A stretch of 64,000 nt of DNA, from the NCBI GenBank assembly GCA_038212275.1, contig JBBQUR010000004.1, positions 204,744-268,743 on the forward strand. The letters run 5' to 3'. Of this stretch, positions 12,371 to 21,827 are shown in pieces (position 1 is the stretch's first letter; each line of letters starts with the position of its first letter). The notes under the pieces are model-generated. The model saw only the letters and a list, made by a program, of their open reading frames with translations, searched no databases and had not been told where the DNA came from. This stretch comes from Planctomycetota bacterium (lineage in GTDB: Bacteria; Planctomycetota; B15-G4). The position numbers and the translations under genes were made by a program.

Positions 12371-13350
12371 CCACCCTCTCGCCCGTCGCCGACATCTTCA
12401 CTCCCGTGGCGAGCGGCCTCGCCGCCACGGAAAGCGTTCTGACGGACCTCTTCACGAACGACTCCGAGGCCGTCATGGGGCTGTGCCGGCACCTCACGCG
12501 CTTCGGCGGCAAGCGCCTGCGGCCTGCGCTCGTGCACCTCACGGGCGGCATGGTCGGCACGCCGACGGACGAACACGCGATCATCGGCGCCATGGTCGAG
12601 GCGCTGCACATGGCCTCGCTGCTGCACGACGACGTGCTGGACGGAGCGGACACGCGGCGCAAGGTGGCCACGCTCAACGCCCTGCACGGCAACGAGATCC
12701 CGATCCTCCTGGGCGACGTGCTCTACTCGCGCGCCTTCGCGCTCTCGCTCAACATGTCCACGTTGCACGCCGCGCGCGAACTGGCCGTCGCGTCCGAGGC
12801 CATCTGCCGCGGTGAGATCGAGCAGTCCTTCCTGCGCTTCCGGCTCGACGTGCCCGACGCCGCGTACTTCGACGTGATCCGCGCGAAGACCGCGCAGATG
12901 TACGCGACGGCATGCAGCCTCGGTGCGCGCTACGCCGGTGGCACCGACGCGCAGGTGCAGGCGCTGGCCCGCTTCGGCTTCGACCTCGGCATGGGCTTCC
13001 AGATCATCGACGATTGCCTAGACATCGTGGGGGACGAGGGCATCGTCGGGAAGTCGCTCGGCACGGACCTAGAGACCGGCAAGATCACCCTGCCGATCCT
13101 GCGCCTTGCGCGTCGCCTCTCGGGCGCAGACCTCGAGCGCTACAAGTCGCTGGTCATGGGCGACATGGAAGGCAGCCGCCGCGACGCGTTGCGCGCCGCC
13201 TTCGACGTGGACAGCGTGGTGGCGGAGTGTCAGGCCGAGGCCAACACCTTCGTGGAGCGCTGCCTCTCCACGCTCGCGCCGTTCACGGATGGTCCCGAGA
13301 AGCGCAGCCTGCAGTCCATCTGCCGCTTCGTGCTGGCCCGGACGTTCTGA
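12367..13350 (+). CDS. Polyprenyl diphosphate synthase (IspB/HepT family)
   Basis: GGKRLRP, LLHDDVLD..RR, KTA, FQIIDDCLD. Confidence 0.92.
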   Translation: MTTLSPVADIFTPVASGLAATESVLTDLFTNDSEAVMGLCRHLTRFGGKRLRPALVHLTGGMVGTPTDEHAIIGAMVEALHMASLLHDDVLDGADTRRKVATLNALHGNEIPILLGDVLYSRAFALSLNMSTLHAARELAVASEAICRGEIEQSFLRFRLDVPDAAYFDVIRAKTAQMYATACSLGARYAGGTDAQVQALARFGFDLGMGFQIIDDCLDIVGDEGIVGKSLGTDLETGKITLPILRLARRLSGADLERYKSLVMGDMEGSRRDALRAAFDVDSVVAECQAEANTFVERCLSTLAPFTDGPEKRSLQSICRFVLARTF

Positions 13351-13430
13351 TGGCTCCGGTGTCCGCGCGCATCGACCGCCTCGCGCCGCCCTCGCGCCGC
13401 ACCTCCGGCTGAGCAGGGAGTCCGCACGAC

Positions 13431-14327
13431 GTGGCCTTCCGTCCCAACTGGTATCAAGGCGAACGCCGTGGCGGACTCCTCGGCGGCGCGGGCACCTGGT
13501 CCGGCTTCCGCTGGGTCTTCACGCTCAACTGCGTCGTCTTCGCGCTGCAGCTCATCGAGTCGCAGTTTCTCGGGACGCGACATCACGCGACGCAGGCCGT
13601 GCGCGAAAGCCTGCTCACCGAGTACGGCGCCCTGCGTGCCTTCTGGGCCGGCGCCCCGTCGCTCATGCAGCCCGAAGGCTCTCTTGCCTTCAACTGGGCC
13701 TTCCCGATCCAGTGCGTGACCTACTCGCTGCTTCACGACGGGTTCAGACACATCCTGTTCAACATGCTCGTGCTCTGGGTCTTCAGTCCGGAGCTCGAGG
13801 CCTACCTCGGTCGCGCGGCCTATCTGCGCCTCTACGTTCTCGGCGCCGTCTTCGGCGGACTGCTGCAGTGGGGCTGGTGGCTGGGCACCGGCTCCCCGGG
13901 TTCCGTCATCGGCGCCTCGGGAGCGGTCTATGCCGTCATGGTGCTGGCCGCGCTCAAATGGCCGCAACGCACGGTGCTCTTCTGGATGGTGCTGCCGGTC
14001 CCGGTCTGGCTGATCGTCGGTCTCTATGTCGTGGGCGATCTCGGTTCCTTCTTCACGGCCACGGCAGGGAGCACGGCCGTGCTTGCGCATCTCGGCGGCG
14101 CGGCCTTCGCCGTGCTCTGGTATTTCAAGGGCGATGTCGTCGGTCAGGTCAGCGATGCGCGGCATCGGCATCTGGCCGTGCGGCAGCACGCGGAACACGA
14201 CAGCGACCGGCGCGAAATGGACCGCATCCTGGCCAAGATCCAGGCCCATGGCCTCAACTCGCTGGACGGGAGCGAGCGGGCATTCCTCGAACGCCGCAGC
14301 CGCGAGATGCGAGAGCGACCACGCTGA
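13431..14327 (+). CDS. Rhomboid intramembrane serine protease with DUF6576-like tail
   Basis: HILFNM, GASGA, AHLGG; C-terminal 'DRILAKI...GLNSL...ER.FL'. Confidence 0.9.
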   Translation: MAFRPNWYQGERRGGLLGGAGTWSGFRWVFTLNCVVFALQLIESQFLGTRHHATQAVRESLLTEYGALRAFWAGAPSLMQPEGSLAFNWAFPIQCVTYSLLHDGFRHILFNMLVLWVFSPELEAYLGRAAYLRLYVLGAVFGGLLQWGWWLGTGSPGSVIGASGAVYAVMVLAALKWPQRTVLFWMVLPVPVWLIVGLYVVGDLGSFFTATAGSTAVLAHLGGAAFAVLWYFKGDVVGQVSDARHRHLAVRQHAEHDSDRREMDRILAKIQAHGLNSLDGSERAFLERRSREMRERPR

Positions 14328-14401
14328 TGCGTCCGTTGCGGCCGATTGGTCCGTCCGTTGACGGGCTGGTACAAAAGGCTTCACCCTTCCGGAGCGGAAC
14401 A

Positions 14402-16516
14402 ATGATCCACATGCGGCACGTCGTGGCGGCACTGGCTCTGTTGACGGGCCTGGCAGCCCCCTTGCGCTGCCAGACGGTGATCGAGGTGCCCGACGACCTC
14501 AAGGTGTTCTGGGGCCAGTACCAGCTCGCCCACGAAGCGGACGACGAGACGGCGATGGACAAGGCCGTGCGCCAGCACACGGACCTCGCCGAGCAGACGC
14601 TCGACCTGCTGCTCGATGACCTCTCGCGCCGCGAAATCCTCGAGCTTCACGACGACGTCCGCACCTTGGCCCGCAGCATGGATCGCGTCGACGGCCAGTC
14701 GAAGTTCATCGAGCGCGTCCGCTACGTGCTGAACCTCACGCAGCCGGAGCGCCTGTCGCGCCATCTCGCGATGGACGAACTCAACGCGGCGTTCCGCACC
14801 TACAATGATGCGCTCGTCGAGAAGTCCGTGGACGGCTGGCAGCGCTCGCTCACGGCCTTCGGGCGCGCCGCGGAGGCGCTCGAATCCCTGGGTGACGCGC
14901 AATACGGCATCGTCGCGAGGCGCAAGATGGCGGACCTCGAGCAGATTCTGAAGCACCCCTGGGAGCGCGGCCAGCACCTCAAGCGCATCATCGAGCTGGG
15001 TGAGCAACTCGACTACAAGGACATCGAGGTCGAGTCCGCGCGCACCATGCTGGCGGAGCTGAAGTCCAAGGGAGTCGATCCGGACGGCCCGAAGCCGGAG
15101 GGATCCGGCGAGGTCGCGGACTCCGCGGCACCCGCCGGCAAGGGCGCGCCGGCCACCGGGGGAGGCGGAGGCGGACGCGGCCTGACGTCCTACCTGGAGG
15201 GCTCGACGGAGCAGCGCTTCACGCTTGCCATGGATGCTCCCAGGAAGGGTCTGGGAGGACTCCTGTTGCCGAGTGTCTTTCCGCTCGACAACTACCTGCT
15301 CTGGCCGACGGCCTGGTTGGAGCTCAACGGCCCGTCCGAGCTTGCCATCGGCACGCCGATCCCGTTCGTGCCCTTCACGAAGCCCCTGTCCTTCAGCCGC
15401 GATGGCGCGGAGTTCTCCATCGACAGCAACGGCGACGGCAAGCCCGACGTGAGCTTCACGCCGAGCACGACGCCGCAGCATGTCGACGTGCCCGCGCCGG
15501 ATGGCGAGGCGAGCTACCCGCTCATGATCTCCGTGCCGGGCGAGAAGGAATCCATGTTCAGCCTCGAGGTGAACTACTCGCCGCAGCCGTCGGGCGCGCG
15601 CCTGCGCCTCAACGTCGCCTCGAGCATGGATGGCAAGGTGCTCGACGAGACCTGGAAGGTGGTGGACTGCAATCTCAGCGGACGCTACGGCGACGTGCAG
15701 GACTGGTGGGGCGACTTCGTCACCACGGGCAACGATGCGAACCCGGTGCGCTTCCAGCAGACGGATGCGGTGCTCATCGGCAAGGCGAAGCTGCCGATCC
15801 CGTGGTCCACGGTGCTTCCCGTCGGCGAGGATTTCTACCACGCCACGCTCGCGCCGGACGGAAAGTCGCTCACCCTCCGGCAGCTGGATCTCGCCACCGG
15901 CTTCGTGAAGCTGGACATCAACACGCCCGTTCAGCCCAGCTATCTCGTGCTCCGCGAGGTGGGCAAGCTTGAAGGCGCCTTCATCAACGTCGTGCCCCTG
16001 AAGAAGGGCGGCAGCGTGAAGGTCCCGGTCGGCAAGTGGCAGATCTCGTCGGGACTGATCGGGAAGGGCGCCAAGACGAGCATGCAGCAGGCACGCATCT
16101 ACACCGGACAGAGCGCGGAGATCGAGGTCAAGCCGGGCGAGACGGCGACACTCGCGCTCGGCGGCCCGTTCCACCTTCAGGCCGACACGAAGCTCGACGG
16201 CAAGGACACCGTCGTCGAGGGCAGGACGCTGCGGATCTTCGGCCGCGCCAGGGAAGAGTACGCCATGCTCTTCGACGACTCGCTGCAGCCGGAGGTCGAG
16301 GCCCGGACTCCGGACACGAAGAAGTTCGGCAAGGCGGTGAAGATGCGCCGTCCGGACATCACGGCCTGGCAGGAGAGCAAGGATCCCGACCGCCTGATGT
16401 GGTTCCCGCTCCCGCTCAGCGTCGAGAACGGCAAGGCCGAGAAACTTCAGCTGCGTCTGACGCAGAAGACCCAGGGACTGCTCGGCGGCCCCTTCGACAG
16501 CGACTGGATTCCCTGA
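14402..16516 (+). CDS. Large secreted hypothetical protein
   Basis: Signal peptide, strong GC3 bias, helical N-half, Gly linker, DSNGDGKPD motif; abuts serS. Confidence 0.75.
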   Translation: MIHMRHVVAALALLTGLAAPLRCQTVIEVPDDLKVFWGQYQLAHEADDETAMDKAVRQHTDLAEQTLDLLLDDLSRREILELHDDVRTLARSMDRVDGQSKFIERVRYVLNLTQPERLSRHLAMDELNAAFRTYNDALVEKSVDGWQRSLTAFGRAAEALESLGDAQYGIVARRKMADLEQILKHPWERGQHLKRIIELGEQLDYKDIEVESARTMLAELKSKGVDPDGPKPEGSGEVADSAAPAGKGAPATGGGGGGRGLTSYLEGSTEQRFTLAMDAPRKGLGGLLLPSVFPLDNYLLWPTAWLELNGPSELAIGTPIPFVPFTKPLSFSRDGAEFSIDSNGDGKPDVSFTPSTTPQHVDVPAPDGEASYPLMISVPGEKESMFSLEVNYSPQPSGARLRLNVASSMDGKVLDETWKVVDCNLSGRYGDVQDWWGDFVTTGNDANPVRFQQTDAVLIGKAKLPIPWSTVLPVGEDFYHATLAPDGKSLTLRQLDLATGFVKLDINTPVQPSYLVLREVGKLEGAFINVVPLKKGGSVKVPVGKWQISSGLIGKGAKTSMQQARIYTGQSAEIEVKPGETATLALGGPFHLQADTKLDGKDTVVEGRTLRIFGRAREEYAMLFDDSLQPEVEARTPDTKKFGKAVKMRRPDITAWQESKDPDRLMWFPLPLSVENGKAEKLQLRLTQKTQGLLGGPFDSDWIP

Positions 16517-16517
16517 C

Positions 16518-17795
16518 ATGCTCGACATGCGAATGATCCGCGAACGTGCGGACGAGGTGCGCGCCGGCGCGGCGCTCAAGCGCATCACCGTGGATATCGA
16601 TCACCTGCTGCAACTCGACGAGCGGCGAAGGCAGCTCATGCGTGGGGCGGAGGACGGCAAGGCCGAGCAGAAGCGGCGCAGCAAGGCCGTGGGCGGGCTG
16701 TCTGCCGAGGCGCGCGCCGCCGAGCTGACTTCGCTGGGCGACCTGAAGGCGCGCCTCATCGGCGAGGAGGCCGAACTGGCCACCGTCACTGCCGAGTGGG
16801 AGGCGCTCATGCTGCGCGTGCCCAACATTCCATCGGCGCAGGTCCCGCCGGGCCGCGACGACACCGAGAACGTCGAGGTGCGCCGCGTGGGCGCCGTGCC
16901 GGACAAGGGCTTCCCGCTGCTGGACCACGTCGAGCTCGGCCGGCGCCTCGGCATCATCGACATCGAACGCGGCGTGCGGATCTCCGGCAGCCGCTTCTAC
17001 GTGCTGCTCGGCGCGGGAGCGCTCCTGCATCGCGCCGTGCTCTCGCTTGCCCTCGAGCACATGGTGAAGAAGGGCTTCGTGCCCATGGAAGTCCCGGTGC
17101 TCGTGCGCGACCCGGCCATGATCGGAACGGCCTACTTCCCGGGCGGCGAGGACCAGGCCTATCGGCTCGAACGCGACGAGCTGAATCTCGTGGGCACTGC
17201 GGAGGTGCCGGTCACGTCGTTCCGCGCCGGCGAGATTCTGGAGGAATCCGAACTGCCGCTGAAGTACGTCGCGCAGAGCTACTGCTTCCGGCGCGAGGCG
17301 GGCGCCGCGGGCAAGGACACGCGCGGCCTGTATCGCATCCACCAGTTCCAGAAGGTGGAGCAGGTCGTCATCCTTCAGGCGGATGCCGAGGCCTCGCGCG
17401 CCATGCACGAACACATCGTGCGCAACGCGGAAGAAGTGCTGGAAGCGCTCGAACTGCCGTACCGCGTGGTCAACGTGTGCGGCGGCGACCTGGGGCTGAG
17501 CCAGGTGCAGAAGTACGACATCGAGACCTGGATGCCGAGCCGCGGAGGCTACGGCGAGACGCACAGCGCCAGCCGCTTCCACGACTTCCAGGCGCGTCGG
17601 CTGAACCTCCGCTACCGCGATGCGCGCGGCGAGACCCGCTTCTGCCACACGCTCAACAACACGGTCATCGCCAGTCCGCGCGTGCTCATCCCCATCCTGG
17701 AGCTCTACCAGCAGAAGGATGGCAGCGTGGTGGTGCCGAAGGCCCTTCGCCCGTGGATGGGCGGAGTCGAGGTGCTGGAACCGATCACGACCTGA
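16518..17795 (+). CDS. serS: Seryl-tRNA synthetase
   Basis: N-terminal coiled coil, GTAEVP, FRREAG, RGLYRIHQFQKVE, HTLNNT. Confidence 0.97.
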   Translation: MLDMRMIRERADEVRAGAALKRITVDIDHLLQLDERRRQLMRGAEDGKAEQKRRSKAVGGLSAEARAAELTSLGDLKARLIGEEAELATVTAEWEALMLRVPNIPSAQVPPGRDDTENVEVRRVGAVPDKGFPLLDHVELGRRLGIIDIERGVRISGSRFYVLLGAGALLHRAVLSLALEHMVKKGFVPMEVPVLVRDPAMIGTAYFPGGEDQAYRLERDELNLVGTAEVPVTSFRAGEILEESELPLKYVAQSYCFRREAGAAGKDTRGLYRIHQFQKVEQVVILQADAEASRAMHEHIVRNAEEVLEALELPYRVVNVCGGDLGLSQVQKYDIETWMPSRGGYGETHSASRFHDFQARRLNLRYRDARGETRFCHTLNNTVIASPRVLIPILELYQQKDGSVVVPKALRPWMGGVEVLEPITT

Positions 17796-17828
17796 GCGAG
17801 GTCGTCACGGTTCGGCCAGCCGCAGCCG

Positions 17829-18905
17829 TCAGTTGCCGCCGAGGCCCTTGAGCAGGTCGCCCAGCGCGCCGCTGAAGTCATCGTCCGGGTTTCCGCTGCC
17901 ATCGCCCGAGCCAGGACCGCTCTGGCCTCCATCGCCCTTCGAGCCACCGCCGCCGTTGCCTGGGGGGCCGCCGCCATTGGGGGTCTGATCGTCGGCATTG
18001 AGGACGCCATCCCCGTCGATGTCGTCGTCCAGTTCGTTCGGAATCCCGTCGTTGTCGATGTCCGGATCCTTCGAGTCGGGGATGCCGTCGCCATCGGTGT
18101 CGTAGTTGGGATCTGCCGCGCCGCCGTCTCCTCCGAGCCCGACTCCCGTGAACGACGGCGGCAGCGCGTGAACGCGCATGGCCAGGTCGGAGTGCGGCGC
18201 CAGCGGAATCACGCGGTGGTAGTGGAGGGTGCGGCTGGCGCCGCCCTGCTTCCCGAGGTCTTCGGTGGTGCGTGCGACGGCCTGCAGGTTCAGCTCGATG
18301 TCCACCAGCGCGGGCAGCGCGTGGCGCTCGCTCGCGTCCCATGAGGTGAGTTTCTCGACGGTCTTGTCCACCGTCTCCAGGTAGCGCACCTGGAAGCTCA
18401 CGACGCGGTCGTGGATGAGCTCGTAGACGCCGTCCTCGAGCGGCTTCTCGTCCACGTGGAAGCTCTGGCGGCGCCACAGCTCCATGACGTCGGGATTCTT
18501 CGGGTTGGCGCGCAGGCGGTAGCCGGTCTCGCAGATGTCGGAGGAGATCTCGCGATCCTCCACGCGGCGCGTCACCGTGCTGTCGACCGTGGTGAGAAAG
18601 GACAGCCAGTCGGCCGGCTCGCCGTTCACCGTGCGGCTCTCACCCTTGAAGACCGCATCGCCCTCGATGTTCATGATCCAGGCGCGGCGCAGGTCGCCCT
18701 CGATGATGTCGAGAATCTGGGGACCCAGCCGAGCCACCTGCGCCTCGATCTCCAGCTGGTCCCGCGTGCGCAGCGCCGTGTTCAGCGTGGTGTAGAGGGC
18801 CACCATGATGAGCGCCATGATCGCGAGCGCCACCATGACCTCGATGAGCGTGAAGCCGCGCGGCGAGCGCGCGGGGAGGCGGGACGTGTCATGGGGATGC
18901 TGCAT
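17829..18905 (-). CDS. gspJ: T2SS minor pseudopilin GspJ-like with acidic Ca-binding repeat tail
   Basis: GFTLIEVMVAL prepilin site, W...LP.LV motif, position after H/I-like genes. Confidence 0.75.
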   Translation of the reverse strand: MQHPHDTSRLPARSPRGFTLIEVMVALAIMALIMVALYTTLNTALRTRDQLEIEAQVARLGPQILDIIEGDLRRAWIMNIEGDAVFKGESRTVNGEPADWLSFLTTVDSTVTRRVEDREISSDICETGYRLRANPKNPDVMELWRRQSFHVDEKPLEDGVYELIHDRVVSFQVRYLETVDKTVEKLTSWDASERHALPALVDIELNLQAVARTTEDLGKQGGASRTLHYHRVIPLAPHSDLAMRVHALPPSFTGVGLGGDGGAADPNYDTDGDGIPDSKDPDIDNDGIPNELDDDIDGDGVLNADDQTPNGGGPPGNGGGGSKGDGGQSGPGSGDGSGNPDDDFSGALGDLLKGLGGN

Positions 18906-18908
18906 GCT

Positions 18909-19526
18909 TCATTGGCCTTTCAGGAGCGAATCGGCTTCGGGATCGACGGCGCGCGGCACGAAGCCTTCCAGCGAGAGTTGTTCCTCGGACTCGCCTTCGA
19001 GGGACGGATAGAAAATGGTGACCTTCACGCGCCTGACCTTGTAGGCCTGGTTTTCGTCGGTTTCCGCGACGTTCGTCCCGCTGTCCGACGGCGCGAAGGC
19101 CGATTCGGTCGAGAAGTTGGTCGAGCCCGAGGCGTTGTCATGCGCCTGATCCTCGTCTTCGGTGCGACCGGTCGACAGGTCGAAGTTCTCGATGCTGATC
19201 TCGTAGCGGTAGACGGTGTCGTCCTCGATGACGCCTTCGCGTTCCTTCAGGGTCTCGGGGTCCGTGATGCGGTCGGCGAGCAGCTGCTGCGCGTAGGTCA
19301 TGGCCTGGAGCATGTGGCCGGACCGGAAGGCCATGTTGCTGGCCAGCTGTCGCAGTTCGAGCAGCGGCAGGAGCGTGAGCGCGACGAGCGCAAGCGTCAC
19401 CATGACCTCGATGAGCGTGAAGCCCGACGGCGCCGCCCGCGCGCCGCCCCTGGCGGGGAGCAGGCCGACGGAGGACGCGGCCTCGCAACGGCGAAGGCGC
19501 GAGCCGTCGCGGCGGGACGCCGACAT
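18909..19526 (-). CDS. T2SS minor pseudopilin GspI-like
   Basis: GFTLIEVMVTL prepilin site; 'VRRVKVTI'; start uncertain. Confidence 0.7.
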   Translation of the reverse strand: MSASRRDGSRLRRCEAASSVGLLPARGGARAAPSGFTLIEVMVTLALVALTLLPLLELRQLASNMAFRSGHMLQAMTYAQQLLADRITDPETLKEREGVIEDDTVYRYEISIENFDLSTGRTEDEDQAHDNASGSTNFSTESAFAPSDSGTNVAETDENQAYKVRRVKVTIFYPSLEGESEEQLSLEGFVPRAVDPEADSLLKGQ

Positions 19527-19533
19527 GTCGGCT

Positions 19534-20097
19534 TCAGCGAAAATCGACATCCTGCGGGACGGCCATGACGTCGTCTCCCTCGAGGACTGCGGTCCGGTTG
19601 GCGAGGCCGGACACCCTCAGGGTGACGATCTCGGTGTCCGGGTAGTTCGGATTGTAGAGCACGACTTCGTGTGGCGGGATGCGGCCCAGCGGCGAGATCG
19701 TGAGCGTGACCACTCCGGTGTCGCGCAGGGCGCTGCCCGGCAGCCTGATCTTGCTCAGAGCGACGCCTTCGCGCAGCTTCGTGTAGCTGCCGACGGAGGT
19801 CCTGCCGGGCCCCGTGGCCTCGCCCTTGTCGTTGCGTTCGTAGGGGTAATAGGACTCGTAGCCGCCGTTCTCGATGTCGTAGGCGAAGAGGATCGGCTCC
19901 TGCACGAGCACGGCCTGCGTGCGCGCCTGTTCCAGGGCCGCTCCCATCTCGCGCGCCGTGGCGCGGAGTCGGGTCTGAGGCAGCAGCGACTTGCTGCCCG
20001 AGAAGATCACGGACATGGAGAGCCCGATGACCGCGATGGTCACCATGATCTCCACGAGGGTGAAGCCGCGCGTGGCACGAGTCTGAGCCGACGTCAT
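19534..20097 (-). CDS. T2SS minor pseudopilin GspH/FimT-like
   Basis: MTSAQTRATRGFTLVEIMVTIAVIG; 'LEQARTQAV'. Confidence 0.75.
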   Translation of the reverse strand: MTSAQTRATRGFTLVEIMVTIAVIGLSMSVIFSGSKSLLPQTRLRATAREMGAALEQARTQAVLVQEPILFAYDIENGGYESYYPYERNDKGEATGPGRTSVGSYTKLREGVALSKIRLPGSALRDTGVVTLTISPLGRIPPHEVVLYNPNYPDTEIVTLRVSGLANRTAVLEGDDVMAVPQDVDFR

Positions 20098-20143
20098 CGG
20101 AGGCGGGCTGACGGGTCGCGCGGTGCAAGGCCGCGCGGCGGAG

Positions 20144-20587
20144 TCACTTCGCGTTCGAGGGCATCGAGTCGTCGAGGGTGGAGAGGTCTCTGTCATCGTT
20201 CTCGCCTCCCTCGACGCCGTCGGCGCCGAGCGAGATGATGGCGTACTTGTTGCTGCTGATCTTGCTGAAGCGGAACTCGTTCTCCCAGGCATCGAGCAGG
20301 TTGTCGTGCTTTTCGAGATACGGCTCGCCCATGTTCTTCTCGCTGTCCTCCAGCAGGACCTGAAGCGAATCGGGCACCTTGCTGTAGTGGCGGCGATAGT
20401 CGTCCACCGCATTCTTCACGACGTTCATCTTCACCTTGGTCGTCGTGACCTTGGCCTCGCGCAGCTTGTTCCAGACGTTGGGCGCGACGACCGTGAGCAG
20501 CAGGCCGATGATGGCGATGACCACCATGATTTCGATGAGCGTGAAACCCGACGCTCGGCGGGACTTCTGCGGGACTGGTGTCAGCAT
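20144..20587 (-). CDS. gspG: T2SS major pseudopilin GspG
   Basis: GFTLIEIMVV, DAWENEF, SLGADGVEGGENDDRD. Confidence 0.9.
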   Translation of the reverse strand: MLTPVPQKSRRASGFTLIEIMVVIAIIGLLLTVVAPNVWNKLREAKVTTTKVKMNVVKNAVDDYRRHYSKVPDSLQVLLEDSEKNMGEPYLEKHDNLLDAWENEFRFSKISSNKYAIISLGADGVEGGENDDRDLSTLDDSMPSNAK

Positions 20588-20605
20588 GAGCGGACTCCTT
20601 GAGGG

Positions 20606-21820
20606 TCAGGTGTTGCCGAGCTGCAGCATCGGCAGCACGATCGAAAGGACGATGAATCCGACGACGACCGCCATGAGCAGGATCATGACCGGCTCGATGA
20701 CGGCGGTCATGCGTTCCGTGGCGATGTCGACCTCCAGGTCATAGGCTTCGGCGAGGCGGTCCAGCACGCTCTCGAGGTCGCCGGTCTGCTCGCCGATGGC
20801 AATCATGTAGCCCACGGCTGGCGGGAAAACGCCGCTTTTCTTGAGCGGAGTGGCAATGTCGGCGCCCTGAAGGATGGCCGAATGCAGGTCGTCCAGCACG
20901 CGCTGCAGCACCGCATTGGCCACGATTTCCCGGACGATCTTGATGGCGTCCAGCACGTTGACGCCTGTCTTCAGCAGCGTGGAAAGCGTCACGGCGAAGC
21001 GTGCGATGGCCTGCTTCTTGAAGAGATCGCCGAAGACGGGGAGGTTCAGCATGAACCGGTCCCAGGCGTACCGACCGCCCTCGGTCCGACGCATCGCGCC
21101 GATGCCCATGTTGATCAGCACGATGCCCAGGACCAGCAGGTACCAGTACGAGACGAGGAAATTGCTGGCGGATTCCAGGATGGCCGTGGGCAGGGGCAGG
21201 TCGCCGCCGCGGCTCTTCACGAGCACGATCAGCTTGGGCACGACCTTGGTCATGAGCACCGCGACGACGATGCCGCCGACGAGCACCATGATCATCGGAT
21301 ACATGAGCGCGGCGAAGACCTTGTTGCGCATCTTGCTCTGCTTGAGCATGAAGTTGGCCAGGCGCTCGAGAACGATGTCCGAGTTGCCGGCCGCCTCGCC
21401 GGCGCGCACCATGCTGATGTAGAGCGGCGGGAAGACCGCCGGGTGCTGCTCGAGACCCTCGGCAAAGGACGCGCCCTGGCCGATCTTCTCGCGCACGTCG
21501 CGGAAGACGGCCTCCAGCGAGCGCGACTCGATCTGCTCGACGAGCGCCTTCAGCGCATCGTTGAGCGGAATGCCCGCGCGCAGCAGCGTGGCCAGCTGGC
21601 GCGTGATCTGCGGCAGTTCACGCACCGTCTTGCGCCGCATGCCGGGACGGCGCCAGCGCGAGGTCTTCTTCTCCGACAGGTTCTGCACCACGTCGATGTC
21701 GGTGACGAGCAGGCCTTCGCGGCGCAGCTTGAGCCGCGCCTCGCGCGGGCTGTCGGCGTCGGCGATCCCCGTCTTGAGCTGCCCGGCCGATGTGAAGGCC
21801 TTGTAGGTGTAGACGGGCAC
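20606..21820 (-). CDS. gspF: T2SS inner membrane platform protein GspF
   Basis: TRQLATLLRAG, MVRAGEAAG, ALMYP, GEQTGDL, IEP; GTG start inferred. Confidence 0.93.
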   Translation of the reverse strand: MPVYTYKAFTSAGQLKTGIADADSPREARLKLRREGLLVTDIDVVQNLSEKKTSRWRRPGMRRKTVRELPQITRQLATLLRAGIPLNDALKALVEQIESRSLEAVFRDVREKIGQGASFAEGLEQHPAVFPPLYISMVRAGEAAGNSDIVLERLANFMLKQSKMRNKVFAALMYPMIMVLVGGIVVAVLMTKVVPKLIVLVKSRGGDLPLPTAILESASNFLVSYWYLLVLGIVLINMGIGAMRRTEGGRYAWDRFMLNLPVFGDLFKKQAIARFAVTLSTLLKTGVNVLDAIKIVREIVANAVLQRVLDDLHSAILQGADIATPLKKSGVFPPAVGYMIAIGEQTGDLESVLDRLAEAYDLEVDIATERMTAVIEPVMILLMAVVVGFIVLSIVLPMLQLGNT

Positions 21821-21827
21821 GGGAGCC

